Source: Candidatus Omnitrophota bacterium (lineage in GTDB: Bacteria; Omnitrophota; Gorgyraeia; Zapsychrales; JANLHA01). From it: 32,000 nucleotides of DNA. Shown here piece after piece: positions 1 through 12,000 of this stretch (positions are counted from its first letter, which is position 1; each line of letters starts with the position of its first letter). Location: NCBI GenBank assembly GCA_963662715.1, contig OY759724.1:1260001-1292000 (forward strand). Reading direction: 5' to 3'. The notes under the pieces are model-generated. The model had not been told where the DNA came from, did no database searches, and saw only the letters and a program-made list of their open reading frames with translations. Made by a program: the position numbers and the translations under genes.

Positions 1-3000
1 CCATGATCGCCCTTTCTGTGCGATAAGGACTAAGGTTTGACATCTTCGGAGAAAGGTTCTGCACCTGCTCTGGAGTCAAGGTGACCAATTCGTCATATTT
101 TGCCGGCGGCTGCACATCGAAAATAACTTCTCCCTGTGCCTGCGTCCTGATTTCAGAAGCAATCTGCGGATTCTCCTTCATTATTTCGGAAATCTTGGAA
201 ACCAAGACAGCTTCTTGCGGCTGGGAAGCGGCGTTCATGGACCCCGTCAAAGCCCTGAGATCGGAATAATTGATATCTTTCGCATCTTTAGCAACAACAG
301 AGGAAACTCTCTCCGGCAGTTCAATCGGAGAAGAAGAAGGCTTTTCTGTTAAGTCATAGGATTTCGCCATGAATTCACTGTTCGGCATTTCAACAAACTT
401 CTTTAAAGCTTTTTCATAATCATGATCCAGGTCCCCCCGGTTTTCCACAACCATAACACCGAGGACCTTCTCCTCTTCAAGCACTCTGAAGACAACCCTT
501 TGATTCCCCAGCCTGAGTTTATTAAGACCTTTTAAGGCCTGGTTGTATTCAAATTTAGACGGTTCCGGGCTCTCGAGGAAAGTTGTAAAGGAATCTGATA
601 ATCTGCTTTGGACTTGATTGAGCTTGGCCTTCCTGACGTCCTTCAACACGCGGACAGTATAGCCTTTAACATTTACCGGCTGAGCGGCTGCGGCCACTTC
701 GGCCGATGAAGAACCTTCAGTTCCTTCCCGTTTAGCGGCAAATTCTTTCTTTGACAGGCCCCAGCGCTGCAGATTATTCATAACCCGATGACGTGTCGAA
801 CCTGTCATGCTCTGTGTGAGGTCAATCAAATCTTCATACAGCTTAACTTCACCCTGGTCTACAGAATCTTGAATTAAATCTTTGATATCATCAAAAGCCG
901 CGCTTTCCTTGGCGTCCACAACAGCGCTGTCCGGAATCGGCATAATCTCCTGCTCCGGAGCGAGACTCTGTTCGGCAACCCGTAAAACCGGTTTAATTTC
1001 AGCATCAAATATTTCCTGTGCTTCTGACTTGGTGATCTTGGCAACGTCCGCCATGCGGGGCAGGGTAATATTAACATTATCGTCCTGCAATTTCACATAG
1101 GCGGCAGCCAAAGCCTGTCCTTTGGGAGAAATCCTTAAGGCATCGCCATACTGAACGACATCCTGAGGTGCTGATATGTAATTCTCTTGAATATAGGTCT
1201 TGGCCCTGGCCATTTCAGATCTGGCTTCAATGGATTTCTTCGGGCTGTTCTGGGTTTCACGGCTGTATGACAAGAGTAGATCAATAAACTTCTTAGGCTC
1301 AGTTCTTAAATCTGTCCGATCCAGTTCCTCCAGGATATCCGCTGCCTTAACGCTGACTCTTCCTCTGCCTTTGGTTAACTGAGCTTTAAACGGTTCGGCC
1401 TTCTTGACCGGACTGGACGTCGTGGCATTAACCACCGCGGATTGTGTCCCGTAATTCTCCGTGAGAATCTGCTGGAATTTAACCCGGTCGCTTGCGCGTA
1501 AAGAAATGATCTCATTACCGAATTTTTCAATCGTCTCAGCATCATCACTGTAAACCTTGACCCTGTTGCCGCGGGAAGTGACGGTAGGCGGAATACTCTG
1601 TTCCACTTTGGCTAATTTATCAACCGTAGGAATGAGTTCTCCGGCTGTCTGACCATCCAAATCAGAATCAACAACATTTGCCGTTAACCGGACCTTAGCA
1701 TCAACATCTATATTCTGATTAATTTCCTGCTCAACGGCATCAACGAAAGCCACAAAATCTTCTTCTTTTAAGTCGCGGTTAATGCCCTTGGGGATAACCA
1801 AATAGAAATTGTCCGGCGGGCCGCGAACCAAGCGCACGCCTCTGAGGTTTTGAGACTTTAATACTTTATTATAGGCTTCTGCCGAGGTCAGGATGACATT
1901 ATTCGCCAGTTCATGATCAGAGAATTCATTAATTACCTTAAATCCGAATTCCCCGTTATCATTTCCGCGCAAAGCATCGACAGTAAACTTGCCGGTGGCT
2001 ATAGATTCTTTAACTTGGGTGTCTAATTCGTCGTAAGGCACATATTTTGAGTCGTTTTTCACCAGGAACATCGCGTCTTGTGCCAATTGAGCTGTAACGA
2101 AATTCCCTAATTCCTCTCGTTTAAACGCCGGATAAGTCGGTTCCAGCTGATCCGTATAAAGCTCAATTCTTGGAGAAAGTTCCGCAGACAGGGCCGCCAC
2201 ATAATTTTCCCTTATAATCTGAGGAAGCGGCTCCATGGTTCCTTCTTCGTGATCAAAGTCTTTTAAACCTTCCTTAAAAGCTGTTCCCATGGCCCCGGCC
2301 TGGTCGCTCTCCTTGGCCAAATTAAGAATAAATTCTCCGCGCCGGATTGCCGCCCCATAGGAAGCGTCCACGCCGGAAGGCAACTGAGGAGCACGCTCAA
2401 CCCCAAAAGAAAGTTTCGGGCTGAACACTTCAAAAGGAGTCCCTGCCTGTTCGATTCTCGCATTAACGCCCGCCGCTGCTAATTTGGCATTAATAACCGT
2501 CAATCTGTCTTCCAGGCCTTTTTCCAAAGACTTGCCTTCGCGATCATAAACCACAAACGTCCCGTCAATATCTTCAAAGAAGGAATTCAACACCGTGTCC
2601 CCTAACTCTTCCTGAACCAGGTCAATCACGGCTTCCCGATGCTCAAGAGCGCTCACGCCAGCAAAATCCACCTTGCTGAATCCAAAGGCCCCGGGAATAA
2701 GCTGTTCAACTTTTTGCTGCGCTTCCTGACGGATAACATCCACGTCTTCCCTGGAAAGGTCTGACGGAAGGATAATACCAACTTCGTCCCCGGAAATTCG
2801 GATGGCCTGGCCGCCATGCTGCCGCATAACCTCATCAACAATCCGAACGCCGGCAGGAATAAGAATATCCACAACTTCTGAAGTATAGCTTTTATCCATA
2901 GCCGCTATCTTCGACATGTCGCCGAAACCAACCCATGCGCGCGGATCCTGCGCTAACTGCTCTTTCACGGCCTGAATGCCTTCCTGACCGGCTTTAACTT

Positions 3001-6000
3001 TAAAATAAGCATTCATGGCGTCAGGAGTAATAACCTTCCAGGTTGACTGCCCTTGCGTTCTGGATAAGAGCTGCATCGCTGCCGCAGAAATCGGAGAAGA
3101 GGAGGCAGAACCGCGGGATTGTCTAATATCAGACAACAGAGCCGATCCTTTTTGTTTGCTGACCGTAATCACACCTTTTGTCGTATTGGCATCCGGGACA
3201 TAGGTAAAAACATTGATATCTTTTGGTGTCATGGCTGCCGAATCATCCAACATAGCAATAGGCATATTTACAATTTCATCCATATCAGGCTCAAACACTA
3301 TACCTATAGGCTGAGCAACGATCTTGTCTGCCAATTCAGGAATAAGAAAATCAGCTGATAAACGGTCTTCTCTGCTCGGGCCAGGCACCTGACCGGACAA
3401 AACCCGGCGCCCAGGATGCGTATGATAAACTCCGAGCAATTTCTTTTCGCCCACGGCATTGGATTCAATCAATTGAGCGACATTTTGTGAATCCGGAACC
3501 AGATGTTGTCCTGTCCTCTCGGAATATTCTGTTAACGGAACCACATCCGTTATATTATACGTGCCTTCCGGTCCCTGTTGACCGAAAAGCAAGCCGGCTG
3601 ACTCTAAATAGGTTTCCTTTTCTTCCTGAGCAGGGATAATACTTGTTAGTCTGGCCAAATGATTAACAATTTTTGAAGGAACTGTGTCTGCGAGTTCAAC
3701 GGATATATTGGGAGTATTCTGCAAATTGTCAACGCTTACATTAGGATTCATCTCCTGCAATTTATCAAGAGAAGCTGTTCGTGCGATTGTGACCGGAGAA
3801 GAAACTGCCGTGGTTTCTCTAATAATAGCCCTGGCGTAGGTGGTCGGGCTTTCGGCAAATCGAACTGTATCGGTTTGTGCCGGATCCCAGGCCGTGCCTT
3901 TTGTTTCTGCTTTATCAACAACATTGGCGACAAAAGCTTTATCAATAGAGCCTTCCTGCGCCAAATTGGTCATCAAGGTATTGACGGCAAGGATAAATCT
4001 TGCGTCACGGGTTCCTGAACCGGTTTCTCCGCGGGTCATCAAACCGCCGTTTTCAATATAGTTGGCAAAAACTTCTTCGCCGTATTCTGCCTCTTCCGGA
4101 GAATAACGATACGAAGAGGCCATAATGTTATCGATGACGCTTACCGCCTGCTGGGTCGCATAATTATCAGACCGTCGGGCCGTGTTCATAATGCCTTGCA
4201 GTTCGCCGCTGGTATATTGCCCGGCTTTTCTCGGCTGATGGTTCTGCACTCTCTTTTCATTGTTGATAATTTCACGATGGAATCTTTCATGGTTGTAAAC
4301 AACGGCCGCATATTCCGTATAAGCTTCTTCGAGACTGACTCCCAGGGAATTCTGAATAGCGCCAACCGTCTGCAGGCTGAAATTATTCAAGTTAATATTT
4401 AACTTTCCGTTATCATAAACAGCTTTTCCGTCTCCTGCCGCAGCATTGGATCTTACGGAAACGATGCTCTTGTCTTTAAAGAAATCTGATTTTGCAACGG
4501 CCGTTTTGATAACATTGAACTGTTCCAGTGTCGGCTTGGCAATCTGGATTGGAGACGAAGAGGCTTCCACCTTTTGGCTTCCGGCGATATAATTTTGGGC
4601 TCTCAGGCTCTCTAACGTTGTTCCGTCCGCTTCCAGGCCACGGCCGTTAACCAACACAACCTCTTCAATACCCAAATCATTGATGATACGCTTCAATTCC
4701 CCGCTTTGCCGGGTGAAATTCGTTAATTGTCCGCTGCTGTTGACTGTGTTTGATCCGCTGTCAACCGCTAACACCAGCTTGCCGTTCTGCTTGCCTACCC
4801 GCATATATCCGCTGTAATCAACGCCGCCGGTCTTCAACCCGCCTAACTCCGGATAGTTTCTTTCATTCATAAAGGTTGCGTGCGGAGCTTTTGTCCCGTC
4901 TGTATAGACCTGTCTGCCCTTTAAGACATAGGTGATTCCTTCTGATAAAACTCCGCGCTCATCATTCGGGGCGGACTGAACTTCATCAATCGCCTGTGTC
5001 AGCCATCCGTACATGGCCGGATTCTTCTGCTCATAACTGCTCAAGCGGACATCTTTTTTCGTTTCCGGAGTAATGTCGACAGCGGACATCATTGACTTAA
5101 CGCTGTTATTAAAATCGCGCCGGATATCTGCCACCTCGGCCTTACCGTACTCGGCCTCCATCTGCCTCAGCTGATCCGCGCCCATGTCAACGATTTCCTG
5201 CACCAAAGCTTTTTCCTGTCCCCTCGGAGTATATTCGTTGCGGCTGATCATTTTTCCTAACCGATTGATCAGTGACGGGGCTCCGGAAACTCCCTCTAAC
5301 AACATCTGCCGGTTGAGGTCATTGGCCTTATTGCTGATTTCGGTCTTTTCCGCGCCGGAAGGCAGGCTATTGACTTTCCGGTTGGCCGAAGCCATCTCTT
5401 TCACAATCGGACGGGCATCATATTGCCGGTTTCCGGTTTCTGCGGCTTTGTTGTACCCCTGGACGGCTTTGTTAAATTGCTTCTTGGCTTCCTCAATGTC
5501 AAGCGCAATATTAGATATAGAGGAAGACGCTGTATCCTGAGAAAGGGCCATGCGGTCCTGGATACCGGAGAAATCTATGGACTGCTTCTTGACGTTGATC
5601 GCATTTACAAAATCCAGAGTTGAAACATTGCCCCATCTATTGACTTCATAAGCCAAGTCTTTCTGCGTATCCGTTAACTGGCTCGCATCCGCTGTTACAG
5701 CAGCTTTAACCTGATCCACGGTCGCATTGTATTGTTTGTAGGCGGCCATGGCCTGCTGCGTCGCGCTTTCCGGCAAATCAAGTTCCTGGACAAAAACTTC
5801 ATAACTGGCTTCCAGCACTTCTTTAAAGGCGCCGGCATCTTTCGTATAAGAAACATTAAAATCTGCCGGGAAGAACGCACTGTCGCCCATAACTTTATCC
5901 AAAGCCGAAATCTTCTGTTTGATTTGATCATCGCTCAGCTTGCCGGCTTTCTTCATTTTAACAGCCGCATTTGTCAAAACAGCTTTCTTGACACCTGCCC

Positions 6001-9000
6001 GGTAACCCTGATCTTCAAGAACCCGTCTGTTTAACTCATCCATTCTGGCTGTAACGGCAGCGGTCTTGACAAAAGAAGCGGCATCCTTGACGGAATACTG
6101 AACTCTTTCTTCAGAGTGGTATTTTCCGGCAACCTTCTTTTGTTTGCTGGTATACTGCTTTCCTGTAGATATATCGCTGTACGCCAGGAGATGACCGGCC
6201 ACGGACATGGAGGTCCCCGGCGCCATAGGGATAGCAGACACCTGAACATTATCTGTCGTCATGCCCCAGAGAATATTGCGGTAATATTCTGTGGACATCT
6301 GGGAAACTTCCATGGCATTGGCTGTTTCTCTGTCATAATCTTCCTGGCGGCTGTGATGGAAATGCACGCCGACTCCGGCCTTGACATTTTCCTCGCCAAG
6401 CATCACCGGTAAGCTTTCCGCCAAGCGCTGAACGCTGAACTGCTGAACCAACCATTCCTTCGCATCCGCCTTGCTCTTCACCTGATCCAGCATCGGGGAC
6501 ACGACTTCCGGACTGGCCAAATCTTTTTCTACCCGGGTCTCTCTCGGTCCGGCTTCACCGACACGATAGCCTAACTGGATTGTGGGGTCTTCGGATATCG
6601 GCTGTGCTTCACTCTCTGTCTTCCCTGTCACCACATATAATAACTTGCCTAATAAATCATCTGTTTTCTCCAGCTGAACGGACTCTAAGCCGGAGATTTC
6701 CATGTCCACGCCTATCTTGCGGTTCTGCAGGCTGTCGACAAAAAGGTCTATGAAGCCCGCATTGTCCAACTCATTAAAATCTTTTTCGGCTTCACTGCGG
6801 ATAGCGGCCCGCAACGCATCATTATTATTAAACAGCTCTACAACCTGCTGTTTAGGCAAACTTGCTATTGTGCTTGGACGTTGTTTTATACTGAAATCCC
6901 TAATTGGAGAACTTGTCAAACCGGATCCGAAACCGGAAGAAATCTTTGGCGCAGAAGACAACTGGAAGGTAGGCAGCAATCCCGAGCTGACAGGAGCCAC
7001 AGGAATGACCGGAGAAGAAACGACCGGCTGTTTAATCGTCGGCATACCCACAGGAGGCGCCAGACCGGTTGAAGATGTCACTTCCCTTGTTGAAAGATCC
7101 GTCATATCTGTTGTTTCAACAGAGCCGTATTTCTGCAATTGGGTATCCACAGAAGCCGGGCTGATATCCCCCATAACCTGCTGAGAAATACTGCCGGCGG
7201 AATCTGAGGATTGAGATATCTGTGACTGATAATAGTTGGTCGCATATGGCATAATGGCTGTCAAAGCTGCCGGAGCGTCTACAACAGGAGCCGGAGAAGT
7301 TCCGCTTGGAGCCCCATCTCCCCGTCCCGAGGCTTCTGATTTTCTAAGATCTGATATCTCGGCAGGATTCTCTTCTGTTTTCCAATTTCTTCTTTGTCTC
7401 TTTGACGTTGAAGAAGCTGTATCTTTTCCAGAATTTTTGGAAGAAGAACTTTCATCTCCCCGCCCCGAAGCTTCCGCTTTTCTAAGATCTGATATCTCGG
7501 CAGGGTTCTCTTCTGTTTTCCAATTTCTTCTTTGTCTCTTTGGTTTTGGAGGCGTCATCGAAGCTTCTTCAATAGAAGAGGACACCTTCACTTCTTTACT
7601 CTGCTCTGGAGGCGTTACGGAAGAATCATCCTGTTTGGGAGGAACAAAACCTTTCTTTTTGCTAGGATCCGTAGAAATCCTCTTGCTGCCCGTAAAGACA
7701 GATGAAATATCAGAAGACGCGTCTAAAATCGGCGAGGATTGTCTTAGCGGGCCTTCGGTTGAAAGATCCAGCATCATCTGCCAATAGTCCTTAACCGCTC
7801 CTGAGAAATCCTCTTCCTTGGTCGCACTCTTATTAGCATAATACGCCGCCAAGACCGTCTTTCTAAAATCTTTTAAGGCTTGAGGGTCTTTTTCCACCTC
7901 AGCAATATCAAACCACCTCTGTCCCATCAAATCACGCGTATTCACATCAAACGCCAATACTCCCGAAAGCGTCACCCGCGTCCCCATTTTCTGCAGTGCT
8001 TCCGCCGTTCCTGCTTTTGTTAATATGCTCTCAAATCTCCTCTGGCTCGTTAACACCGATATCATGTCCTGAGGACTTAACAACGTTAAAGACGTCTCCT
8101 GCGGCCCAGCATATTCCTCCAATGCTCTGGCATAAACCCCTGTCAGTGTATCGCTCTCTTTTTCCGCTTTCGTAAACGAATTGTGCACATGCGCAAATCC
8201 AAGAGAATGATCCGCCTGCTGGTTCTTTAACGCTGTCTTTAAATTGAACGCCGCTGTCGGATACACAAACCGAGGACTCGAGAAGGTCTCGATCCCCAGC
8301 TCCCCATCCAAATACAGGTTGTCTGTCATCCCGTTAATCTGACCGTTTTCTATTGAGAACTGCCCTGCCACCTTCTGCGCCTTGATCGTTTCGATGACTT
8401 TCTGCTCTAACTCTTCATTGCTGATGCTGTCTCTTTCCCGGCCCGGGAACATTTCATGCAGCTTCTCGGCAGAGAAGAACCGCGCCATGGAAATATCCTG
8501 CGCCAAGACAATATCTTTCCCTGATAAGAAGAACCGGTTGCCGTCATCCTGCTCCACTTCCGAAATGATCGGATGTGACGCGATTTCCAAGCCAAACTGA
8601 TACGTGCCGCCACCGTTGACTTTCCGCATGGCCGGCAATGCCCGGGTCCACCCGTAAATATTCTTGTCTAAATCTCTCACATCATTCACACCCAAGCTCT
8701 TGGGAACCAGAATATGGGAGAATGTTCCGCCCGGGTCCATGGCAATCAGGTAAACTCCGAATTCTATAGGCTGGCTAAACTTCCGAACATCTTCCTGGAA
8801 CACTGTCTCAATCTCGCTCAAAGGATATCTGAATTTCGTTCTCTGCGGCGAAACCGCTGCCCCGTTCTCCCTTGGTTTTCTCCCGAATAAACTGATGGGA
8901 GAAGACTGTGCTGTTTCTTTATCTAATAATGATGAGCTTCGCGCAATCTCAACTTTCTGCTCTTTTTGAATAGAGGAAGAAACTTTCGGCTTAGAATCAT

Positions 9001-12000
9001 TAAATGTTCTCACCATATCACCAACGGCTGATTCTGCCTTCCGGGCACCATCTTCTTCCTGAAGCGCAACAACAATATTATCTATTTCAGAGACACCAAA
9101 AGCACCCGCAGCGCTAACCTCCGGCTGCTGCAACTTTTGAACGATTGTTTCTGTTAATTGGTCCGGACTCTTTGCCCCGGACAAAGCAATCTCCGTAACG
9201 ATTTCGCCCAGAACCGGGTTGTCTACAGCTGCCGCATGAATCTTTAATGTATCTCCTTCTTGTGAAACCAGAGGATTTTGCAGCCCGCTAATCACTTCAA
9301 TAGTATTTACTCCCGTCACCATTAAGTCAGACTGTTTATTTAAACTGCTCTGAAGTTTAACTTTTTGCTCTGGAGTTCCCTGCACAGCCACCAAAGACTC
9401 TCCCACCTGCAACGGCATACCCACATCGAGATTATACTGGGTAAAGAATTGCCTAAGCTCTTCATTGCTTTGCATCTTGCCGACCAAAGCTATCAAATCC
9501 TGATCCCCTGCCCCGGAATGGAACCTTATGGCTTCCTCCGGAATATGAAGGAAAGGTGAAACATGGCCAAACAATTCTACGGCTGCTCCGAATTCGGTTT
9601 TCGCAAGAGGCATCTCGGCTAACTTGTGCAAATCTTCCTTGGTAACGATATGACCCGGTTTCTGTAATGTCTGCAATTGATTAAGGAAAGCCACTGTAGA
9701 CTCATCCGTTTCGTCAAACTGACGGCTCTTTTGAATACGCTGTTCTATATGCTTTAATTCCGTCTTCACCTGCTCCAAGGAAAGATCTGTCCGTTGCGAA
9801 TCTTCAATCCCGGCAATCAGGTCATACACTGGGTGATCGTATTTCATGTTTCCCTTAGCCTGATATTTATCCAAAAGATTGCCTACAAGGGTTTTCAATT
9901 CTTCATCCCCAGATTTTTCAACAATGTCTTTCAATTGTGATAAACGACCAACCACAAACCCAGGGGAAGATGTTTCTTTCTTTTCTGTTAAAGCATGATT
10001 TCCGTCATGGAACAAAGCCATCAAGTGACTGACAAAATCCCTTCGTGTCTTTTCCTTGCTAATATATATCTGCGAACCCGGACCTCCTGTTTCACTGTCT
10101 TGGTCATCAAATTCTTTATAATTCGCAAGCGTACCCGGAGCATACATACCCTGTTTATTGTTCGCGACATTCAATTCATCCTGAATTAAATACTGAAGAT
10201 CCACTCCCGCCTCTTGGAATGCCACTAAGAGACGGTCAATTTTCTGGTTAAAGGCGGCTTGGGTTTCCGCATCAAATTGGCCGCCCAGCCGTAAATTAGG
10301 TTTGGACGCCTCGACAGCACTCTTCATTTCTGCAAAAGAAAGATCCTTAACCATGGCCATATTATACTCCCGGCCTGAGGCTAATTGGCCAAAGAGCGGG
10401 CCAACCAAGGATTGATCCCGGCTGTTCTGATAATGCGGGCTTTGAGAGAGGACGTAGAACGGAAGCATTGTGGCTAACAATTCGTTCCATGACCCATCCC
10501 CGGCATGCTCAAAACCATAATGCTCTTGGCCACGCACATCTACACTATATAACCCTTCCTTAAATATACTGCCATCGACAACCTCTCCGCCTTCGTTAAA
10601 TAAAGCTTCTGTTGCCCCGGCCCCTAAAACCCGGTCGAGACGTTTTGTCTGCACCCATTGTTCTCTTAATATCTTTTGCCCTTGCGGTGTCTTATCCAGA
10701 TTATTAAGCGTATCCAGGAAGTGATGGCCTAAAATTTCGTGAATAGGCTCCCAGACCTTCTTATAGGAATCACTCTGTCCTTTTGAACTAAAACCGCTCA
10801 AGGCTGTACGGATATCTGTAGTGCCTCTGGCATGTTCTGCTGCCGCCTCACCTTTCTTGTCCATTCTCCGGCCAGGAACCAAAGAGAAGCTCACCCGCTC
10901 TAATTCTGCTTCTAATTTTTGATCTCCAAAAAGAGCCTCTCCTTGCCCAACCCCCAAAATGTCTTTGGCCAACGGCAAAACATCCCGCTGCCAAATAATA
11001 CTTCTCGTTTCCATTTCTTTGGATATCCGGTTCAACTGGGAAACGACCTTTTCCGCATTATAATCAACCGTGCTTGCCCCCTGTAAAATTCGATATAATT
11101 TAGCCGCTTGAGCATTAGTTAAAGAATCGGACAGGCCTAAATCAAAGCTGCTCTTAAGCTGGTCAAACTTATCCTGAACAACCCCTCTTTCATCAATATA
11201 TCCATTCTCCACTAATTCAGAGAAAAGACTGTCTGCTTTTCTCTGTTTTCTTGCCGCGCGCTCTTTAGAGGAAAGGCCTTTCCCCGTAACCGTAACGACT
11301 GAAGCCAAGTCCTGTGCTGTAACAGGCCGGCCGGTCTCTGAACCAGCTACAGCCAAAATCTGTCTGTTTATTTCTGCTCTTAAAGCATTTTGTTTTTCTG
11401 CTACCACTACTTTCCGTTTCTCCAGCTCGGTTCTTTCTTCTTGAGAAATGTTTCCTTTCTTCTGCAAACCGGATTCCAATTCTTTCAGGTCAGCTTCTGC
11501 TTTCCTCTGCTCAGCCACTAAGGCATTGAGCATCGGCAACACGTCCGCCAGCAAAGCTTCTCCAGCTCTTTCGGCAAGATTAGCCGAAGGAGAGTCTTCC
11601 GAAGCGTTTAATTCATTATATTTGTGCTCGTACAGAAGAGCGATAACCGTATTCTCAACACTAAGGCTCTCCTGCAATTGTTTTTTACCGCGTCCCACAG
11701 GAGCAATAAAGTTATCAATCGACCGGTCATGAACTTCTATTTGGTCAAAATCAGCAATATTATCCGGAACTGTCAAACCCTGCCCGTTATTCAAAGCCTT
11801 GATATATCCGCTATCCAAAGACAAATTCTCTTGCGGAGCCACGGCAATTCTTAATTTGGCCTGCTGCAGTCTTGTTTTATAAGCTTTAGCCTGTGTCGAC
11901 TCGTTGCCGTTGGCATCTCGAGGAGCGACACCCAACAGAGTCAAGGTATCATCTTCACTTAAATTCAATTCCTCGGCAACTTTATTCACCATATAAGGGG

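Noticed and set aside
7315-7542. The RGD tripeptides in the duplicated peptide as integrin-binding adhesion motifs.
   Set aside because: A three-residue motif has no evidential weight here, and there is no indication of a eukaryotic host.
10720-10760. The sequence HEILGHH as a metalloprotease site.
   Set aside because: The spacing is HExxxH, not HExxH, and there is no supporting context.
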